From: an uncultured Gammaproteobacteria bacterium
GTDB lineage: Bacteria > Patescibacteriota > Microgenomatia > Levybacterales > GWA1-39-11
Assembly (NCBI GenBank): GCA_964485575.1
Contig: CAZAJO010000001.1
Coordinates: forward strand, 59,602-123,601
Direction of reading: 5' to 3'
DNA: 64,000 bases
Shown here: positions 59,742 through 64,000 of the stretch, one piece after another
Position numbering within the stretch: the stretch's first letter is position 1
How the letters are laid out: the number at the start of each line of letters is the position of its first letter
Program-made: the position numbers and the translations under genes
The notes under the pieces: model-generated
What the model saw: the letters and a program-made list of their open reading frames with translations, nothing else
Databases searched by the model: none
What the model was told of the DNA's origin: nothing

Positions 59742-61433
59742 ATGATCAATATAGTTAAAAAAATCAGAAAATATTATAGATATGAAGCATATCTTCTCAT
59801 AATCATTTGTGTTGCCTTCTATTTAAGGACTTTTAATATCAACTGGGACGATGGCTACTATTTTCATCCAGACGAAAGAGCGCTTATTATGACGTCGCTA
59901 CCTGTTCAGTTTCCCTCAAGCTTAAGCACTATTTTCTCCGCAGAAAGCAGTCTTAATCCACATTTTTTTGCCTACGGTTCCTTTCCGATTTATCTTCTTA
60001 AAATATGCGCTGAGGTATTTAGTAACATTAACCCCATACTTAAAGTCTACGGAGGAATACATATAGTTGGAAGGCTTATTTCAGCGAGCTTTGATACCGC
60101 AACAGTTTTTGTCATTTACTTAATTTGCAAGAGAATTTTTTCAAAAAAAGTGGGGATCTTATCCTCTTTATTGTATGCCTTTTCAGTGCTTCCAATTCAA
60201 CTTTCACATTTTTTCGCGGTTGATACAATTCTTACTTTTTTCATGACCTTAACTATATTTCGACTTCTTGTATTTAATAAAAAACCGACGACAATGAATT
60301 CTGTTCTATCGGGGGTATCCTTTGGGCTTTCACTTTCAACAAAGTTTAGTGCACTTATACTAATCCCAATTATATTTATTACCTTTATCCACGTTTTTTT
60401 TCAAAAGAGAAAAAAAATTAAAATTAAAAAATCAAATACCATAGATAAAGCATTGATATTTATATTATTATCAATCGTCAGCTTTCTCTTTACTCAACCA
60501 TACGCTTTGATTGACTTTAGGGAGTTTTCTCAACAGACATCAGCGCAAACACAGATGTCAAATAATGCTTTTATATTTCCGTATACCTTACAATACGTTG
60601 GAAAAATTCCATATTTGTATGAACTAAAAAATATTTTCCTTTGGGGACTCGGACCAATTATCGCCTTGTTCTGCATTTTAGGAATTGTATTTATCACAAT
60701 TAATAATGGTAAGAAAATTTTAACTCTTTTGCCTTTTGTTTATGTGGTTGTATATTTTTTCGTATTTGGGAGATTCGCTGTAGGATTTATTCGATATATG
60801 CTTCCTATTTATCCTATACTTACAATTTTTGGTGGCTGGTTTCTATCAGAAATTGTTATTAAATACGTTCCAAAAAAATATATTAAAAATTACTTTACAA
60901 ACAAATTCACAATCCTTTTCTTTGTATTTATTATTTCAATTTATCCGATTTCATTTCTTTCTATTTATCTACGCCCAAATACCAGAATTCAAGCGTCTGA
61001 CTGGATCAATAAAAATATTCCACAGGGCAGTAAGATTGCTGTCGAGCACTGGGATGACTCCTTACCAGTATATGGAATGCAAAATTACACACAAATTACG
61101 CTACCTCTATACGATCCTGATACGAAAGAGAAGTGGAAGAGTATAGAATCGACTTTAAGAGTAACAGATTACATAATTATTGCTTCTGGACGTCTATACC
61201 TACCCTTACAAAAACTTACTGACTGTAAAAATTTGCCCTCCAACAGATGCTATCCCCTTACAGCTTCCTACTATAAAGATCTTTTCTCAGGAAAACTTGG
61301 TTTTATAAAAATAAAAGAATTTAAGTCGGAACCAACTATCCCACTTATTAACATTGGAATTAATGATATTTCAGCTGACGAGAATTTCACGGTGTTTGAT
61401 CACCCGAAAATAATGATCTTTAAAAAAGAATAA
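59742..61433 (+). CDS. GT-C fold membrane glycosyltransferase (GT39/ArnT-like), paralog 2
   Basis: FNINWDDGYYFHPDERALIMTS has the same HPDER motif as the preceding gene. Start taken at the internal Met (MINIVKK...) directly after the previous stop; the longer ORF from 59700 overlaps by 41 nt. Confidence 0.6.
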   Translation: MINIVKKIRKYYRYEAYLLIIICVAFYLRTFNINWDDGYYFHPDERALIMTSLPVQFPSSLSTIFSAESSLNPHFFAYGSFPIYLLKICAEVFSNINPILKVYGGIHIVGRLISASFDTATVFVIYLICKRIFSKKVGILSSLLYAFSVLPIQLSHFFAVDTILTFFMTLTIFRLLVFNKKPTTMNSVLSGVSFGLSLSTKFSALILIPIIFITFIHVFFQKRKKIKIKKSNTIDKALIFILLSIVSFLFTQPYALIDFREFSQQTSAQTQMSNNAFIFPYTLQYVGKIPYLYELKNIFLWGLGPIIALFCILGIVFITINNGKKILTLLPFVYVVVYFFVFGRFAVGFIRYMLPIYPILTIFGGWFLSEIVIKYVPKKYIKNYFTNKFTILFFVFIISIYPISFLSIYLRPNTRIQASDWINKNIPQGSKIAVEHWDDSLPVYGMQNYTQITLPLYDPDTKEKWKSIESTLRVTDYIIIASGRLYLPLQKLTDCKNLPSNRCYPLTASYYKDLFSGKLGFIKIKEFKSEPTIPLINIGINDISADENFTVFDHPKIMIFKKE

Positions 61434-61497
61434 CCCTTATTGAAAATGAGGTTGTTATTCTGTATAGTTGATGCTTGTTGGATAACGTAAATTAATA

Positions 61498-62553
61498 ATG
61501 AAGAAGTCATTACAACAAACTGTTCTTATCACCGGCGGCACCGGTTTTTTAGGAGTGCACCTTGCCCGTTTTTTAGTAAAGAAAAAATACAAAGTCATTC
61601 TTCTTGATACAGCTGATCAAACAGCAAAAGATCTTGTTGGAAAGGTAACTGTTATTAACGCAGATATACGCGATTTAAAAAAGATAGAGTCTTCATTTAA
61701 AGATGTTGACTACGTTGTTCATGCTGCAGCAGCTCTACCTATACATCATGATAAAAATTATATTTTTGATGTAAATGTGAATGGAACAAGGAATGTACTG
61801 AAGGCTTCACTAAAATATAAGATAAAAAAAGTTGTATTTATCTCAACAACCGCAATGTATGGAGTTCCACGAACACTCCCAGAAAAAGAGACAGATAAAA
61901 TTTATCCGATCGGCTACTACGGAGAGTCAAAAGCTGCCGCTGAAAAATTGTGTCGCGAATTTGTAAAAAAAGGGCTACATACAAATATTCTGCGCCCAAA
62001 GTCATTTCTAGGTCCTGAAAGACTTGGGGTTTTCACCATCTGGTTCGAAGCTATATTCCAGAACAGACCTGTTTTTATTCTTGGAAAAGGGAATAATCTC
62101 TATCAACTACTCGAAGTCGTTGATCTATGCTCGGCAATTGAAAGCGCTTTGTTGGTGTCAAAATCGGGAGAAACCTACAACGTAGGGGCCCAAGAATTCG
62201 GAACGTGGCAAGAAGATCTTGGTGCTCTGATAAAGCATGCGAGGTCTAAATCAAAAATAATTTGCTTGCCAGTAAAACCTACACAAATTGCCCTTTCAGT
62301 ACTTGAAACCTTCAATCTCTCACCTATCATTGCATGGCACTATTTAACTTTTCCAGTCGATTCATATGTAAGTATAGAAAAGGCAAAAAAACAGCTGAAA
62401 TTTCTTCCGACAAAAAGTAATCAAGACATTTTGACTGAAACATATGACTGGTACAAAACTCACCGTAAAGAATTTATAGGGAAAGAAGGCAAAACACACC
62501 GAACGATATGGAACTTTAAACTAGTAGACTTAGCGCAAAAATTTTTCAGATAA
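61498..62553 (+). CDS. NAD-dependent sugar epimerase/dehydratase (extended SDR family)
   Basis: VLITGGTGFLGVHLARFL (GxxGxxG); catalytic YGESKAAAE (YxxxK). Confidence 0.75.
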   Translation: MKKSLQQTVLITGGTGFLGVHLARFLVKKKYKVILLDTADQTAKDLVGKVTVINADIRDLKKIESSFKDVDYVVHAAAALPIHHDKNYIFDVNVNGTRNVLKASLKYKIKKVVFISTTAMYGVPRTLPEKETDKIYPIGYYGESKAAAEKLCREFVKKGLHTNILRPKSFLGPERLGVFTIWFEAIFQNRPVFILGKGNNLYQLLEVVDLCSAIESALLVSKSGETYNVGAQEFGTWQEDLGALIKHARSKSKIICLPVKPTQIALSVLETFNLSPIIAWHYLTFPVDSYVSIEKAKKQLKFLPTKSNQDILTETYDWYKTHRKEFIGKEGKTHRTIWNFKLVDLAQKFFR

Positions 62554-62554
62554 T

Positions 62555-63139
62555 ATGATCATTGGATTTGACTTTGATAAGGTATTTATTGATTACCCAC
62601 CACTTATTCCTTATGCGTTAGTTGACTTCCTATATAAAGGTGCTGTGGTTTTCAAGAAAAATAAATCAAAAAGTCAAAAAATTCACTATCGATATCCTGG
62701 AAAAATTGAGCAGATGATCAGGATTGTATCCCATTATTATATATTTAGACGACCCATCACAGAGAATATTAAATACCTCAAGAAAATTTCCGAGAAGAAA
62801 AATAATAAGACATATCTAGTATCTAGTCGCTTCTCATTTCTTAAGAAAAGAACTGAAGCAATTCTTAAGAAGTATGATTTGGATAAGTACTTTGATGGTA
62901 TTTATTTCAACTTTGAAGATAAGCAGCCGCATTTATTCAAAGAGCAAACAATCAAAAATCTTAAGATAGATACCTACATCGATGATGACCTAGATCTTTC
63001 ACTATATCTCGCTCAGAAAATGCCTACTCTTACTATATATTGGGTCCGGGATGGTAGAAAAAAAGAGGGCAACCTTCCAAAAAATGTTATCGCCATTAAA
63101 GACTTAAAAGAACTATATAGTGGTCTTTTCAAAAAATGA
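62555..63139 (+). CDS. HAD-superfamily-like hydrolase/phosphatase (small)
   Basis: N-terminal IIGFDFDKVFID resembles HAD motif I (hhhhDxDx[TV]). Starts 2 nt after the epimerase gene. Confidence 0.4.
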   Translation: MIIGFDFDKVFIDYPPLIPYALVDFLYKGAVVFKKNKSKSQKIHYRYPGKIEQMIRIVSHYYIFRRPITENIKYLKKISEKKNNKTYLVSSRFSFLKKRTEAILKKYDLDKYFDGIYFNFEDKQPHLFKEQTIKNLKIDTYIDDDLDLSLYLAQKMPTLTIYWVRDGRKKEGNLPKNVIAIKDLKELYSGLFKK

Positions 63140-64000
63140 TTAATGATTTTTTTAATGTCTTTATTTGGTGGTCCTATCTTCTTGTTATAGGGCTAGCATT
63201 CTTTCCTCTGAGTAATGCTTTATTCAGAAATTTTTTTGATAAAGGTTACATTTTTTCAAAGTCACTTGGGCTTTGCGTCCTTACATATATTGTATACATT
63301 GGTGGCACCTTTCATATCCTTCCATTTCAAAGACTTTCAATATTTTTGGTACTTATCTTAGTATTCTTTCTCGACATATATCTTCTTAAGAAAGGGAGAA
63401 TAAGGCTTTCTTTCAATAGGATTAAGGTTATATTGTTCCAGGAAGGGTTATTTTTAGTATCACTACTGACCTGGTCGTACATTAAGTCGTTCCAGCCTGA
63501 CATACATGGTCTTGAAAAATTTATGGACTTTGGATTTATGAATTCTATACTTAGAAGCACTTATTTTCCACCAACAGATATATGGTTTCCTCCCTTCTCG
63601 ATTAATTATTACTATTTCGGACATCTAGTAACAGCTACTCTAATGAAATTGACCAACGTGAACCCTTTCATTTCATACAATATAATGCTGTCAACAATAT
63701 TCGCATTTACTATCTGCTCTTCCTTTTCTTTCGTCGCCACCCTAACATTTGATATCCTAAAAATCAGGAGAGCAAGTTTTTTAGCTGGCATTCTAGGAGC
63801 AGCGATCGCAACCCTTGGGGGAAATTTGCATACTATTTACGCGTTTTTTATTCCGTACACACCACCCGAAAACCCTGTCCCATTTTGGCAACTCAAATTA
63901 TCAGAAACCTTTCCTAATAATTATTGGTATCCAAATGCAACCCGGTTCATACCCTTTACTATTCATGAATTTCCTTCATACTCTTTTGTTGTGTCAGATC
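63136..64000 (+). CDS. Polytopic membrane protein, 3'-partial (runs off the window); possible further GT-C-type glycosyltransferase
   Basis: Open frame from ATG 63136 (MINDFFNVFIWWSYLLVIGLAFFPLSN...) to the window end with no stop, hence absent from the ORF track. Multiple TM helices. ATGA overlap with the HAD gene. Confidence 0.5.
   Translation, partial: MINDFFNVFIWWSYLLVIGLAFFPLSNALFRNFFDKGYIFSKSLGLCVLTYIVYIGGTFHILPFQRLSIFLVLILVFFLDIYLLKKGRIRLSFNRIKVILFQEGLFLVSLLTWSYIKSFQPDIHGLEKFMDFGFMNSILRSTYFPPTDIWFPPFSINYYYFGHLVTATLMKLTNVNPFISYNIMLSTIFAFTICSSFSFVATLTFDILKIRRASFLAGILGAAIATLGGNLHTIYAFFIPYTPPENPVPFWQLKLSETFPNNYWYPNATRFIPFTIHEFPSYSFVVSD

Overview
The window is a gene-dense, AT-rich bacterial chromosomal segment read under the standard genetic code. 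No tRNA, rRNA, CRISPR array or transposase is visible.

The content looks like a reduced-genome, host-associated bacterium of the CPR/Patescibacteria type, though that lineage call is inference. The evidence for it is very compact operons with ATGA/TAATG overlaps, many Pro/Thr-linker surface proteins, a dominant type IV pilus locus, and minimal versions of HrcA and MetRS.

What can be supported, in order along the window:
- The 5'-truncated adaptor and the permease of an RND efflux pump.
- An HhH-GPD base-excision glycosylase, a SIMPL/DUF541 protein and tgt.
- Two Thr/Pro-rich secreted proteins, a PF04020-like holin-family protein, a polyprenyl synthetase and a 2-hydroxyacid dehydrogenase.
- A membrane-anchored ClpC-like AAA+ protein whose first ATPase module has lost its Walker B, co-transcribed with a small membrane protein.
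- A type IV pilus operon: pilB, pilC, three or four minor pilins including a 1018-aa pilin-like giant, a major pilin and a secreted Kelch beta-propeller.
- A long minus-strand heat-shock super-operon: hrcA, grpE, dnaK, then a VirB2-like small protein plus a 731-aa VirB6/TrbL-like polytopic protein, a ClpC-like ATPase with a Pro/Ala-rich insertion, a small membrane protein, a secreted M4 thermolysin-like protease and a J-domain protein. It sits behind a sigma70 promoter with an overlapping CIRCE operator.
- metG, an Hsp20 gene whose promoter carries a CIRCE half-site, and a PEGA/SH3b surface protein.
- A polyprenyl-phosphate glycan operon: processive GT2, a GT-C, a MraY/WecA-like transferase and a DPPR-like UbiA.
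- tatD, groESL, a PKD surface protein, lepA, murJ, rpsT and a PilN/PilO-like pair.
- Another surface protein, then a second glycan cluster: a Rossmann-type FAD oxidoreductase, two paralogous GT-C enzymes, an SDR epimerase, a HAD phosphatase and a further polytopic membrane protein.

The most interesting candidates are:
- the T4SS-like membrane pair embedded in the chaperone operon;
- the degenerate membrane-bound Clp ATPase;
- a possible decaprenyl-phosphate-pentose-like lipid-linked sugar pathway split across the two glycan clusters;
- a shared C-terminal [S/N]PGG-plus-TM tail on two surface proteins.
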